DNA from: Rebecca billardiae RCC1528
Lineage: Eukaryota > Protista > Haptophyta
NCBI GenBank assembly: GCA_965240325.2
Contig: OZ251224.1
Coordinates: 558,001 to 622,000, forward strand
Direction: 5' to 3'
DNA: 64,000 nucleotides
Shown here: piece by piece, positions 32,262-46,027 of the stretch
Layout of the letters: each line of letters begins with the position of its first letter
How positions within the stretch are numbered: the stretch's first letter is position 1
Program-made: the position numbers and the translations under genes
The notes under the pieces: generated by a model
The model's input: only the letters and a program-made list of their open reading frames with translations
Database searches by the model: none
What the model was told of the DNA's origin: nothing

Positions 32262-33840
32262 ATGCGCATGCGCCACCCGCCGCCGCGCGCGCTGCGCGCG
32301 GCGCTCGTGCTGCTCGTGGGCTGCGCCACGCACGTGCAAGCCTTCGGCAACGTGGGCACGCTCGGCGACTGCGACTGCCCCATCCACACGCCGCCATCCT
32401 TCACGATCGAGCCGGGCTGGGGCACGCACGTGTGCGCGCGCTCGCACCGCTGGCGCACGGCGATCTGCGAGGCGACGGTGCCCGCCTGGTCGGACGAGCT
32501 CGCGCCGCACGAGCTCGCCGAGGCGCTGCGCGCGGCGGGCGCGACCGCGCCCGTCCACCCGGCGGCGCTCGGCGCGCAGCTGCGGCCGCGCGCGCACTGG
32601 GGCCCGCATGGCGCGCCCCCGCGCGCGCTGCGCCGCCGGCTGCGCGAGGCGGCGCTCGGCGCGGCGAGCGCGCGGCGCGCGCTCGCCCCCGCGACCGAGC
32701 TCGTCGCCGCGTACGACTTCACGCCCGCCGAGGACACGGCCGGCTGGACGGTCCGCACCGGGCGCGGGCTGAGCGCATGGACCGTCAACCCGGCCGGCGG
32801 CGCCGACGGCTCGGCGGGCTACCTGTGGTTCAAGTGCACCGAGCCGAACGCGCGCGCGATCATCTCGACGGACGAGCTGCCCGCCAACCGCGCCTACTTC
32901 GCCTACCGGCTGCACGGCGCCGACCCGGGCGGCAAGCTGCTCCTCTCCATCTCCGCGCACGGCTCCCGCAAGTACAGCAGCGCGTGGGTGAGGGAGGGCT
33001 GGGGCGAGGGTCGCTGGGCGTCGGGCTCGCTCGAGCTGCAGGACGCGTCGGAGTGCGGCGCGCCGGGGCTGGTGTCGCTGCGGATCACCATCAGCTGCGG
33101 CCCGGAGCCCGCGGGCGCCGAGCTCGGCTTCGACCGCCTCGAGTTTGTGCGCGAGTGCGGCGCGGCGCGTGAGCGAGACATGACGGTGCCGGCGGGCGGC
33201 GGCGCTGCGCCTGCGGTCTCGTCGCCGCCGCCCAGCCCGTCGCCCTCGCCGCCGCCCAGCCCGTCGCCCTCGCCCTCGCCCTCGCCCTCGCCCTCGCCCT
33301 CGCCCTCGCCCTCGCCCTCGCCCTCGCCCTCGCCGCCGCCGGGCGCGCCGTCGCCGCACCCGCCGCCCTCACCCTCGCCGCGCCCGCCGCCGCCGCCGAG
33401 CCCGCGGCCGCCGCCGCCAAGCACGCCGCCGCCGCGTCCACCGCCGTCGCCGCCGCCGCCCGCGCCGCCGCCGCCGCCGAGCCCGCCGCCGCCGCCGCCC
33501 TCGCCGCCGCCGCCCTCGCCGCCGCCGCGCCGGCCGGTCGTGCACCACCCGCCGCCGCCCTCGCCCTCGCCGCCGCCGCCGCCGCCCTCGCCCTCGCCGC
33601 CCGAGCCTCCGTCGCTGCCGCCGCCGAGCCCGCTGCCGTCGCTGCCGCCGCCGCCGCTCTCGCCCAAGCCGCCGTCGCCGCCGCCGCCGCCGCCCCCGGA
33701 CCCGACGCCGCCGCCGACGCCGCCGCCACCGAGCCCGCCGAGCCCGCCGCCGCCCTCGCCCTCGCCGCCGCCCCACCCGCCGCCCTCGCCGCCGCCGCCG
33801 CCGCCCTCGCCCACGCCGCCCGCGCCGCCGCCGCCCTCGT

Positions 33841-33873
<33 letters not shown>

Positions 33874-36800
33874 GCGCGCTCGTGCTCGAGCGGCTCGACC
33901 CGTCGCACCCGCCGCGCTTCGAGTCGCTCGCGCTCGCGGTGGGGTACAACTTCACGTGCACGCTCACCGCGCGCGGCGCGCTGCACTGCTTCGGCGACAA
34001 CCGCCTCGGCCAGGCCGGCGCGGGCGTGGCCGACACGTTTGTCGCGCTCTCGGCGCGCGCGGTCGCGCTCGGCACGACGCGCGCGCTCGCCGCGGGCGCG
34101 GCCGCGCCGTTCGGCGGGCTGCGCGTGCCGGCGCGTGTGCGGCTGCTGACGGCGGGGCACTCGCACGCGTGCGCCGTCACGTGCGACGGCCGCCTCAAGT
34201 GCTGGTGCGCGCACGCCGCCCGGCGCGCGCGCCGCGCCGCGCCGCGCCGCGCCGCGCCGCGCCGCGCCGCCGCTCACGGCCCGGCCGCCCGCCGCAAACG
34301 CTCGCGCGCGCCGCGCCGCCGCCGCCGCGCTCAGGGGCGCCAACGTGGTGGGGCAGCTCGGGCTGGGCGACACGCGCTCGCGCGGGACGAGCGCGGCGGA
34401 GATGGGCGACGCGCTCCCGGCCGTCCCGCTTGGCGGCGCGCTCGCTCCACACGACCACTGGCCCCGCCCACAGGTGGTGCAGGCGTCGGCGGGCGGCGGG
34501 CCGTGCTCGCCGCTGCAGCACTCGCTGCTGCCGCTCGGGCGCACGTGCGCCGTCGACGCGAACTACCGGCTCAAGTGCTGGGGCGACAACGCGTGCGGCC
34601 ACCTGGCGCAGCCGCTCGACTCGGGCGCGTGCGCGGCCGGCGCCGACGCCGCGCGCCGCCGCCTCGCCGCCGCGCTCGAGCCGAGCGGCGCGCAGTGCGC
34701 CGCGCTCGGCGCTCTCGGCGTGCGGCCGCAGAGGGCGCCTGGCGGCGGCCTTGCGCTGGTCTACGCGAATGGCGGGCTGGGCGCGTTCGCGGTGGCGGCG
34801 GTGGACGCGGCGCGGCACGGCGTGGTGCTGCGCAACATGCGCCAGTGCGACGGCGCCACGCTCGCCGCGCTCAACGCCGCGCTCACCGTCGCCCTGCCCG
34901 GCGTGCGCGCGGACGCCAGCGCGCGCACCAGCGCGCGCAACCCGTGCGGCTGGCGGCTGCACGGCGGCGCCGGCTGGGGGCTCGACTTCTGGGACGGGGT
35001 GGAGGTGAGCCACGCGGCGCCGCGCGGCGCGGAGAAGGCGGTGGGCTTTGGGGAGGCCGACGAGGGCGAGGCCGTCGCGACGAGCGTGGGCTCCGCGCCG
35101 CCGCCGCCGCCGCCGCTCGCGCGCGAGCCGGCGGCGGCGGGTGTCGGCGCGGCGGGCGCGGGCGCGGCCGGCCCCGCGCCTGTCCGCGCGCCGTGCGCCG
35201 CGCTGGGCGACGAGCCGTCCGAGATGGGCGACGCGCTGCCGTTCGTCGAGCTCGACGCGGGCTCGCCCCTCGTGTACGCCGTGAGCGTCGGCGTCACCTT
35301 CGCCTGCGCGCTCTCCGGCCCCGCGGCCCAGCCGGGCGGGCGGCCGTCTGCCCATTGGTCTGCGCACGAGAACGTGGCGTACGGTGGCGGGCGGGTCAAG
35401 TGCTGGGGGGACAACACGTTCGGGCAGCTGGGGCAGAACGACCACGCGCCGATCCGCGGCTCGGTGCGCGGCGCGGCGTGGATCGACTTTGGCGGCCGCG
35501 CCGCGCTGCAGGTCTCCGCCGGCTTCGCGCACGCGTGCGCCGCGCTGCTGCCTGCCGGCGCGGACGCGGCGGCCGCGGACGAGACGGCGCCTCCCGAGGT
35601 CGTGTGCTGGGGGGCGAACGGCGCGGGCGAGCTGTGGCGGGACGCGGCGGGCGAGGACCGGCGGTACGTGGGCGACGACCCGGGCGAGATGCCGGCGCAG
35701 CTCGTCCCCGCGCCCGTGCGCACGCGCCCGCTCCTGAGCGCGCAGGCGTGGCAGGCACAGGCGCACTCGACAGTCGCCGAGGCGACGCTGGCGCCGTGGG
35801 TGAGCGCTGGCTCGGCCGATGCGTCGCTGTGCCTGCGCGACGGCGTGCGCACGTGCGCGGCGGCGGCGAAGACGGGGGAGGAGGCCGCGTGCGCGGGCGC
35901 GCGCACGCCGCCGCTCCAGGCGCCGCGCGTCTGGGCGCGCGCCATCAACCTCGTCAACATCTCGGCGGCGGGCGGCGAGGAGCGCTGCCTGCGAGCGCCG
36001 CGCGCGCCGCCGTCGCGCCGCGCTGGCGGCGCTGAGCTCGAGCTGGTGCCGTGCACGTCGCACGACGAGCGGCAGCTGTGGGCGTACGACCACGTGACGC
36101 ACGCGTGGGTCGCCGCCGCCGCCGAGCTGCCCGACACGTGCCTCGGCACCAGCCAGCCCGGCGGCGGCCGGCTGCTCGCCGTGCCGTGCGCCGAGGCCGC
36201 TCGGGTGGACCCGGAGGCGGGCCGAGCGGTCGCGTACTGCCCGCTGGGCGGCGGCGAGGCGGAGGCGGGGGCGGGGCTCGCGCTCGGGCTGGGCTTCGAG
36301 TCCGGCGCGGACGCGGCCAACCCGATCCGCGCGGTGCCGCCCGGCGCGGGCGTGTGGGCCGCCCCCGGCCCCGCGTGCGTCGAGGCGCTCGGCGGCGCGT
36401 TCGAATGCGCGGAGGTGCGGTGTGAGTGGCCGTTCCATGGCTGCGAGCCTCGGGGCGGGGAGGAGGAGGCGCGGGAGCCGCAGCAGCCCAAGGCGCCGCC
36501 GCCGCCGCCGCCGCCGCCGCGCCCGCCGCCGGGCACGCTCGGCACGCCGGGCGGCGCGCGCGTCGCGCCGCCGCCGCCGCGGCCGCCGCCGCCGCCGCCG
36601 CCGCGCTCGCCGCCGCCCGCGCCGCCGCCGCCGCGCGCGCGCGCGATGCCGCCGCCGCCGTCGCCGCCGCCGCCGGGCGCCGAGCCCGAGCCGTGCGCCG
36701 AGTTTGCGCCCGCGCCGCACTGCAACGCGGAGCACTTCCGCCGGCAGCTCAAGGCGCGGGGCGAGCGCCTCCCCAAGGAGTGCAACTGCGCCGACGCCAT

Positions 36801-37440
36801 CAGCGCGTGCGAATCAGACGCCGAGCTCGCCGCCAAGTTCAACTCGGCCGCGTGCGCGGCGCGGCTGCGCGCGCACCCTCGGCTGCGGTGGGACTGCCTG
36901 GCGCACGCGCTCACGCCGGTGATGCGCTTCACGCCGAGCGAGTGCGTCACGCAGTGGCACCCGTTTGACAGCCTCGAGCTCGGCTCCGCCGCGGACGGCG
37001 CCACCGCCTCCGAGGCCGCCGCGCGCACGTGCGCCGCGCAGCGCTACCCGTCGCCGCTGCTGCAGCCCGCGCCGTGCGCGGAGGATGCGCGCGACTGCTG
37101 CCTCGAGTACGTGGAGTGCTCGGTCGGGCCGGGGTTCTACGGAGGGAACCACCCGGCGAAGACCACGCGGTGCGACGCGTCGCAGCCGCGGCAGTGCTGG
37201 TACGTCGACACCCTCTCCGCGCCGCGGTACAACCCGAGTGCGGACGGCAGCGCGTACTACTCGGCTTTTTACGAGCGCGAGAAGGGGCGCAGGGGGTGGT
37301 CGCCTCTGGCGCAGTGCCTCACGACGCCGGAGACGGCGGGCGGCGGCGGCGTGGAGCTGGGCGCGGAGGGCGGCCTGCCGCGCGCGCACGCGCCCGCGGG
37401 GCCCCACGCCCCGCGCGCCTCGCCGCCCCTCGAGAAGCAG

Positions 37441-37471
<31 letters not shown>

Positions 37472-38477
37472 AGTCCTCCGCCGCGGCCGCGCCGCCCTAC
37501 GCATACGCCTACACGGGCGCGCAGCTCGGCCAGCCGCTGCCGGCCGAAGCGGCGGGCGGGGGCGGCACGGCGGGCGTGCTCGGGCCGTACGTCGAGCCCT
37601 CCGCCGTGCTGAACGGCACGTGGCGCTCGCTCGGCGCGAGCGTGATGGACGCGGTGCTCTGGTCCGCCCCCGTCCCCACGCCCGGCTGCTCGCGCGAGCT
37701 GAGCGTTGCCGCGTACGCCGTCGACATCTCGATCTCGTGGGCCAAGGCCTCGCCCGACGCCGACCTGACGATCGGCGTGTCGGACGGGGCGAGCATCGTG
37801 GGGCTGATGAAGACGGACGGCGACACGGCGCTGCTCTACGTCGGCGGCTGGGCGAGCGACCGCTTCGACCCCTACCAGTACTGCTGTGCCAAGGCCGTGG
37901 GCGCGCACGCGGGCTCAGAGTCGGTCAGTCTCCGCTTCGAGTGGCCCGCGGGCGGCGGCAAGGGCACCGCCTCGCTGCGCAACAACTACGGCGGCAGCAG
38001 CGCGACGTGGCACCACCTGCGCAGGCTCGACGTCTCTCAGGGGCTGCGCGTCTGGCTCGTGGGCGAGCAGCCGGGCGAGACGTACACGGTGCAGAGCGTG
38101 GCGTTTGGTGGCAGCTGCGAGGACGCGCCGCTGCCGACGAGCCCGCCGCCGCCGCCCAGCCCCGCGCCGGGCGCGCCGCCGCCGCTGCCGCCCGCGCTGC
38201 CGCCGCCGCCGGTGGCCTCGCCGACGCCGCCGGCGAGCCCGCCGAGCCGCCCGCCGCCGCCGCCGCCGCGCGCGCCGCCGCCCGCGCACCCGCCCGCGCC
38301 GCCGCCGCCGCCGCCACCCTCGCAGCCGCCGCGCGCGCCGCCGCCAACGCCGCCGCCGCCCTCGCCCGCCCCGCCGCCGCCGCCCGCGCCGCCGCCGCCC
38401 TCGCCCTCCTCGCCGCCGCCGCCGATGCCGCCGGCGCCGCCGCCGCACGGGCGGCCGCGCTCGCCGCCGCCGCCGCC

Positions 38478-38509
<32 letters not shown>

Positions 38510-40930
38510 GCGCGCCGCCGCCAGCGCCGCCGCCGCCGCCGCCGCCGCGCGCGCCGCCGCCAGCGCCGCCGCCGCCGCCGCCGCCGCGCCCGCCGCCGCC
38601 GCCGCCGCCGCCGCCGCGCTCGCCGCCGCCCGCCGCGCCGCCGCCGCCGCGCTCGCCGCCGCCGCCGCCGCCCGCGCCGCCCCCGCCGCAGCCGCCGCAG
38701 CCGCCGCCCGCGCTGCAGCTCGGCGCGCCGTGGCGCGGCGACGACGGCCTCCTGCCGATGGCCCGGTACGCCACCTGGGAGTGCAACGCTCTGCGCACGC
38801 AGCAGTGGAGCGGGGACGCGCTGCTGCCCGAGGGGATCGCGTTCTGGAAGGTGCGTCCGCGCGCGGCGCGCGCCCACCTCGCCCGCTCCCGCGCGCCCAC
38901 GGCGTGCGCGGCCGCGCGAGCGTGCGCGCGTGCGGTGCGCGGCGGCGGCGCGCGCGCGCACCGCGCACGGCGCGCACGCGCCTTGCCGCGCTCACCGCCC
39001 TCCGCCGCGCGCGCCCCGCTGCCGCCGCGCGCGCGCAGGAGGTGTCGCGCGCGTGCGCGGCAGGCTCGTCGCTGTGCCGCGTGCTCTTCCCCGCGCACGA
39101 CCCGGTGGCCGCGCGCGCGCTCGCCGGGCACAACTACTGCGTGCAGCTGCACGACGTGCTCGGCCAGTGGGCGCTCACGGCCGAGCGGCGCGGCGTGGGC
39201 TGCCCCGCCGAGATGCGCTCGTGCGCCGCGCGCGCCGCGCAGCCCGAGCGCGCCGCCGCGCTCGCGCACACGTGCTACGACCCCGACGACTTCAACGCGA
39301 CGATGCTGCCGAGTGCGCGCGCGCGCGCGCCGCGCCGCGCGCCGCGCGCGCGGCGCGACAGCCGGCGCCGCCGCGCGCGCGCGCCCGCGGCCCACCGCCG
39401 CCGCCGCCGCGCCCGCTGCTGCTGCCGCGCAGGCCTGAGCGCCGTCTTCGGCCACGGCTGCGAGCGCTCGCCCTCCGACTGGGCGGAGCGGCTCTCCTTC
39501 CAGTACGAATGGCTGCTGCGGTGCAACGACCACAACTCGAGGGTGCGCGCCGCGCCGGCGCGCGGCCGCGCGCCGCGCGCCGCGCGCCGCGCGCGGCCGG
39601 GTGGCGGCGGCGGCGGCGGAGCGCGCGCGCTCACCGCCGCGCTCGGCGTGCCCTCCGCGCGGCGGCGCCGTCACAGGTCTGCCTGCTGCCCCACCGCGCG
39701 CACTTTGCCACGCCGCCCGCGCCGCACCCGCATCCGCCGCCGCCAAACCCGCCGCCGCCGACGCCGCCATCGCCCACGCCGCCGCCGCCGCCGCGCCCGC
39801 CGGCCGCGCCCGCGCCGCCGCTGCCCGCGCTCGCGCCCGCGACGCCGCCGCTCCCGCCGCCGCCGCCGCCGCCGCCGGCCGTGAGCCGGCCCCACTTCAA
39901 GCGGCAGTGCGCGCCCGGCACGCCCAAGGCCTCGTGCGCCCGGCGCGAGTGCACGCCCGCCTCGAGCTGCCGCCTGCGCTACGTCGACCCGCACACGCGC
40001 GCGCCCGGCGCGGCGCGCAGCGCGGGGCTGTCTTGCCTCGTGTACCGGACGCGCGCGCCGCGGCCCGGCGAGGCGGCGCTCGGCGGCGCGGGCGCGGAGG
40101 GCGGCGCGGCGCCGCTCGTGCACGAGCTGCTCTCGCAGCCGTGCGACGCCGTCGCCCTCGACGAGCTCGCCAACCGCGGGCAGGAGCTCTCCGCTCAGTT
40201 TGGCGCGTGGGCGCTCGACGAGGCGGGTCGCTTCCGGCCGGTCGACCCGGCCGCTGCCGAGTTTCTGCCGGGCTCCCTCTGCCTGGGCGAGGCGCCCTTC
40301 TCGCTGGCGAACTGCTCGGAGGCGCAGGGCGGCGCGGGCGCGTTCGCGCCCACCGCGCCGTACTACGAGCACCGCGCGCACTGCTTCGACACGGGCGCCC
40401 CCGCCGGCTCGGCCGCGTCGGGCGCGCTCTGCGTGAGTGCCGCAGACCCGCTGCAGCCGCTGAGGCCGACGCCGCACGCCGTGCACATGGGCACGTGGGG
40501 CGACGACGACGACGACGAGGAGGAGGAGGAGGAGGACGGCGGCGGTGGCGGGGCGGTGGACGTGCCTGTGGGCGTGGCGGGAGGCGAGGCGAGCGCGCAG
40601 GCCGCGCTCGCGCGCGAGGCAGGCGCGCACGCACGCGCGCCACACGCTGCCGGCCGTGCCGTCGGCGCTGTCGGCGCTGTCGGCGCTGCGCGCGCTGTGC
40701 TCGGTGCACTCGGCGGCACCGCTCTCGTTGCAGCCGTGGCGCTGCTGCTTGTGGGCGCGGCGCTGCGCACGCCGCGCCGCGCGGCCTTCTGGCCGCTGGC
40801 CTCGTGGGCGGCACCCCGCGCGCCGCAGCACCCGGCGCAGCACGCGCGCGACTGCTATTCGGCCGACGGGCGCGCTGCTGCGCACAGCGACGAGCCTTGG
40901 AGCGGCGGCCGCGGGCCCGCGATGCTGTGA
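32262..40930 (+). CDS. ~2,698-aa cell-surface protein: signal peptide, extensin-like SP/PPP rods, RCC1-like repeats, ricin-B-like modules, C-terminal TM; introns 34205-34334, 38851-39038, 39313-39432, 39543-39676
   Basis: The five exons sum to 8097 nt in frame. (SP)n and SPPPP blocks; LKCWGxNxxGQLG repeats; ELVPCTSHDERQLWAYD; hydrophobic LVAAVALLLVGAAL near the end. Confidence 0.85.
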
Positions 40931-41439
40931 GCCGAGTGTGAGCGCGGAGTGCGCGGACGGCAGGTGCACGCGCGCAGCAATACAGCGCCTGCTGGTCACG
41001 CCAGCATCAGACGGATCGATGCGCATGTATATACACTGTACATGCATGAGTATCATATAGTACTAGTAGTCTACTACTAATAAGTAGTGATATTCTTACA
41101 GCAGCAAGACCTATGCTGATGCTGACTATCGCGACGGTCGTCATATCGATCACGCATCAAATTCATATATCGTCTGGTTTGAACTGATGACGACGACGAT
41201 GCTGATGACGGCGGGCTGTGCTCGTGGCCGCGTGACGGCCGTGCCGCATCATCAGGCGCCGCCTAGGCCGTGATGGCGGATGGACCGGCGAAGTGACGCT
41301 CCCAGCGCCGGCGCGCGGGCGACATGGGTGAGTCAGTGAGATCAACGACGACAGCGCCATGCGCACGCGCAGCGCTTGAAGCTCCTGCTCGAAGACGAGG
41401 ATGGTGGCGGTGCGCATCGTCAGCAGCAGCGGCGGCGCT

Positions 41440-44400
41440 TCAGCGGCGCGTGCGACTGCTCGTCGCAGCCGCGCCGGCGGGCGCAGCCGAGGCGGCGGTG
41501 GGGGCGGCGGCACGCGGGTCGGCGCCGCCCGCGTGCGCCGCGGGCTGCCCGTCCGCCTCCGGCGGCTCGCCCTCGAGGGACTGTGCCAGCGTGTTCGCGC
41601 GCTCAGACAGCACGTCCGCGAACGCGCGCGCGAGCGGGCGCGCGCGCTCGGTGCGCGCGTCCGCCTGCACGCGCGCAGACACGCGGCGCAGCAGCGCGAT
41701 GCCGAACTTGCGGCCGAGCGAGCCGACGAGCGGGAGCTGGCGGCGCAGCCGCGACTGCGGGTCGGTGACCTCGGGCCACACGTCGCGCGGCGACACGCCC
41801 GCAGCCGAGAGCATCTCGAGCGCGCCCGCGGGGCTGAGCTCGGCCGCGCCGCCGGCCGCGCCGCCGGCCGCGCCGCCGGCCGAACCGCCGGGCTGCTGCT
41901 GCTGCAGCCTGGGCGCCAGCGCGTCCCACACCTTGCCCAGCGCCTCGAGCGACTCGAGGTCGTCCGTGTCCGCGGCGCCGAGCGAGGGCACGAGGTCCGC
42001 GAGCTCGTCCAGCCACTCCAGCGGGCGCCGCAGCGGCTCGGGCACGCCCACGTCGAAGGGCAGCGCGCGGCGCGCCTCCTCGGCAAGGCGCTTGGGCGCG
42101 CGCAGCGCCTCGCCGAGCGCGCTCGCCGGGCCCCAGCTGACCGCCTCGCTCAGCCGCGCGCGCACGGCGGCGTCGGCGAGCTTCGCGGCCTCCTCGACGA
42201 GGATCTGCTGCACGTACCCGCCGCGCTCGGCGAGCAGCAGCTCGACCAGCTCCGCCTGCGCCTCCGCCGCGTCGTCGCTCACGTCCCCCGTCGAGGCGGT
42301 GTAGGCGGTGAAGCCGTCTGACATCTCGAGAAGCTTGCTCAGCCCGCGCGCCGAGCCGGAGGGCGAGATCGGGCCGCCGCTGCCGTCCGGGGCGAAGGCG
42401 GGGCCGTCGGCGGTCTTCGCGGCCGAGCCGTACACCATCGAGCGCAGCGCCGCCTTCGCGCGCGGCGAGTCGTCCGTGAGCAGCCGGCGCGAGAGGTACG
42501 GGAACGCCTGCTGCACGATCGAGTAGTCGTCGTCCACCGACAGCCCGATCCCCTCGAGCGTCGAGAAGGCGCGCGACACGTACAGGATGTACGGCGGCAC
42601 GCGGAAGAGCTCGCGGTTGCGCCGGGACATCTCCTCCACCACGTTGGTCACGCCCGCCACGTCGACGCCCGCGTCGGCGAGCTGCGCCTGCGCGCTCAGT
42701 GGGCGGCGGGCGCGGGCGCGCGCGCGGGCGGGGCGGCGCGCGCTCGGCGCGGGCGCGCGCGCTCGGCGCGGGCGCGGGCGCGCTCGGCGCGGGCGCGCGC
42801 GCGAGTGCGCGTGTGCGCGCAAAGGCCGCGGCGCACCTTCATCTTCTCGCGCATCTCCTCGCGCGCCTTCTCGCGCAGCTCGTCGACGGAGAGGTCCTCG
42901 CCGTACCGCTCCGCGAACTCCTGCAGCACGCGCTCGCCCATCTTCTTGGGCCCGCCGCCCTGCGAGAGCTGCCGCAGCACGAAGGAGATCCCCTCGCCCA
43001 TGCCCGAGCGGCGCACCTCGTCCACCTTGTCCGGCGGCGTGAAGCCGAGGTTGACGAAGTCGTCGGGGATGGCGTCGAGGTCCTCGGCGTTGACGTGCGC
43101 GATGAACTCGATCAGCGAGTACTGCAGGTCCGACGGCACGGGCAGCGTCATCCCCCAGTCCAGCACGCACAACCGGCCGTCCTCGGTGCGCAGCAGGTTG
43201 CCGGGGTGCGGGTCGCAGTGCAGCACGCCCGTGTCCAGCAGCATCGTCAGGTACGCGTTGATCGCGACGGCGCAGAGGCGGGGCACGTCGGGCGAGGCGT
43301 CGCGGTCGAGCCGCGTGCCCTGCACCCACTCCGTCGTGAGCACGCGGCGCGTGCTCAGCTCGCGCACCACCTCGGGCGCGGTGACCGCCGCGAGCTGCCT
43401 CGACTCCATCGCGCGCAGGAACGTCTCCGTGTTGGCCGCCTCGTGCACGTAGTCGGTCTCCGCGACGAAGCCGCGGCCCCACTCGTCGACGAGCGCGCGC
43501 GCGAGCTCGATGTCCTGCGGGAAGGTCTGCCGCCCGTTCGCCAGGTTGGACACGCGCACCTGCACCGGCGCGAGCAGCCGCAGGATGTACAGGTCGAGCG
43601 CGATCTCTGCGAGGATGCTCGGCCGCTGCACCTTGACCGCCACCTCGCGCCCGTCCTTCAGCGTGCCGCGGTACACCTGGCCGATGGAGGCGGAGGCGAT
43701 GGGCTCGTCCGAGAGCGCGTCGAAGACGTCGGAGAGGTCGTCCGTCCGCAGCTCCCGCGCGAGGATCGCCCGCGCGCGCTCCGACGGGAAGGGCGGCACC
43801 GCGTCCTGCAGCTGGCGCAGCTCGAGCGCATACGCCTCAGGGATCAGGTCTGTGCGGATCGAGAGCGCCTGCCCCAGCTTGATGAACGTGGGGCCGAGCT
43901 GCGTCGCGAGCGCGAGCGCCTCCTTCGCGCGCTGGGCCTCGTTCTGCTCCAGCTTGCCCAGCCGCCAGTCGAGCAGCAGCTTCGTGTTGAACGCCGCCGT
44001 GAGGTACGTGAGCCGCAGCAGCCGGCCGACCACAAGCGGCAGCCGCTTCGAGTAGAACCGCTCCGCCTTGGCCGCGTCGTACGCGCTCGAGCCCGAGGGG
44101 TACGGCGTGCCCTCGGCCATCGCCGGGAGGGCCAGCGCGCCCAGCACCGCCGCGCCCGTCGCGAAGCCGGCCACGAAGCGCGCCTCCGCCGACGTGGCCA
44201 GCGTGGCGATGAAGGGCTCGACAGCGCTCAGCACGCGCGACCCCAGCTCGCGCGACGCGTCGGCCTCCGTGGGGAGGCGCGAGACCGTGCTGGAGAAGGT
44301 CTGCATCGACTCGAGCGCGCGCTCGGCCCACGGGCCCGCCGCGGCCGCCGCGTCGTCCAGCGGGCCGAGCGAGGCCATCGTGGGTGCGGTGGCCGCGCCG

Positions 44401-44534
44401 GCAGCGGGCATGCGCCGCGTCGCCGGCGGCGGCCGCCCGGCTACGCGGGGCGTGGAGAGCGCGCGGGGCGGGGCGAGGCCCCAGGCGGACGTGCACAGCG
44501 AGGCAATCGCCACGAGCGCGAGAGCCTCGCGCAT
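41440..44534 (-). CDS. ABC1K/UbiB atypical kinase, plastid-targeted; intron 42688-42836
   Basis: LGPTFIKLGQALSIRTDL, PIASASIGQVY, VAVKVQRP, LHCDPHPGNLL, LDWGM. Signal peptide followed by an R/P/A-rich transit-like region. Confidence 0.93.
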
Positions 44535-44807
44535 CGTGCCGGCGTGCGCGCTCGCTCGGTGCAGCTGCTGCGCGCGCGCGTTCGTCGCACGTGTACGACG
44601 AGTTGCAGCAGTGCGTGGGATGCGCGGCCAGTAGCCTGGCGCCAGATGCACGAAACTTCTCAGCCGCTGGGCGCAAGGTCGGAAGGTGTCGAGCGGCTTC
44701 GAGGACGGTGCAGTGGGCACACGCGCTGCACTTCCCGCGCGACCGTCCTGAGCCGGAAAATCCCGTGCGCTTTTGCATGCGATGAGTGAAACAATATGAC
44801 CTCCTGG

Positions 44808-45538
44808 CTTGCAAACCAAGCCCCCCAAAACCCCTCGCGCGGCGAAAGGCACCGTCCCTTAAGGAGTCGATGCCTTCCGGGAGCTCTTTGAATACGCGTT
44901 GCGCGTGCGCGGGCACTCCCGGACAGCCGCCGCCAAGAAGGCCAGCCTGCGCGCGCCCTCCTCGGTCGTCCCCCGCGGCGCGTGCGCGTCGAGGCGCATG
45001 ACGGGCTTTGCCGTGCACGTCGTGCCCGTGCTCGCGGCTCATGCACGCCTCACGACCGAGATGCATGTCTTGCGCGCCCTCCTTTGGCTCGCACTGCGGT
45101 CTCCTCGCCGACAGCCTTGTGATCACGCGCGCCGCCATTTCAACCGGTTGCTGGCCTGCCAGCTGTCGAGCGTGTGTGTGCGGTCTGATCGATGTCGGCA
45201 TGGCTGCCGGCGAAGCAGTGATATTGAGTACACCCATGCCCATCTCGCAGAAGCAAAAAAGCCGACCTTTGAATGCCCCAGGGGCGCACGCGTGCCCATC
45301 ACGCTCGTCGGACAGGCCTTCTCCAGAACTGCGCTTGCCATCCGGCAGGTCTCTGCGCGCGGAGAGGGCGGCGAGGGCGTCGGCGAGGCGGCACGATTGC
45401 TGCCTACGGGTCTTCTAGCCCCCACAAAGTGCCCGCGCACGGCTGTCACGCCCGCATGCGGCCTTGGGAGCGCTGCGCAGGCGGGCCCACGCGTCGCCCA
45501 GTGCTCGCCATCCCGTTTTGGGGGGCTTGGTTTGCAAG
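44808..45538. mobile_element. 731-bp non-autonomous DNA transposon with 24-bp perfect TIRs and a 7-bp TSD
   Basis: CTTGCAAACCAAGCCCCCCAAAAC at 44808-44831 and its reverse complement at 45515-45538. CTCCTGG at 44801-44807 and 45539-45545. Confidence 0.88.
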
Positions 45539-46027
45539 CTCCTGGGCGCCTGGCGGCTTGGCAGGCGTTCCCTTCTCTCGGTGTGGTGCTCACCAGCGAT
45601 GAACGGCTGTGAGCAGAGCTGCTCCCCTCCGCGAGCTCAGAATGATGCCTGGACAGCCCTCGCGCGAGCACGACCTCCTAGGCGACAGCGAATGTCCAGG
45701 TAGCTTCGCGTACGTCCCCTCTCCGATGGCGATGAGGCTGCTGCCCATCGTCGTGAGATGCGCGCGCAAAGTGCGGGCCGCATCCTTCGAGGCCAGCCGC
45801 GCGTGCTGCGCGCAGCACGCAGAGCAGCAGTTGAGCTCCGCGCATGATGGAGCGCGTGACGACAGCGAGCGCCGTTGCTCTCGCCTGGTTGCCCTGCGGC
45901 TGGTCACACGGCTACCATGAAAAACGGAAGTGCTTCCCGCCGCCATCGCCGAACTTGGACCCTGCCGCCGATCGACAGCGACCGGGGCGGGCTCTCAGCC
46001 GCTCATCAGGACCGACGCGGCCACTGG

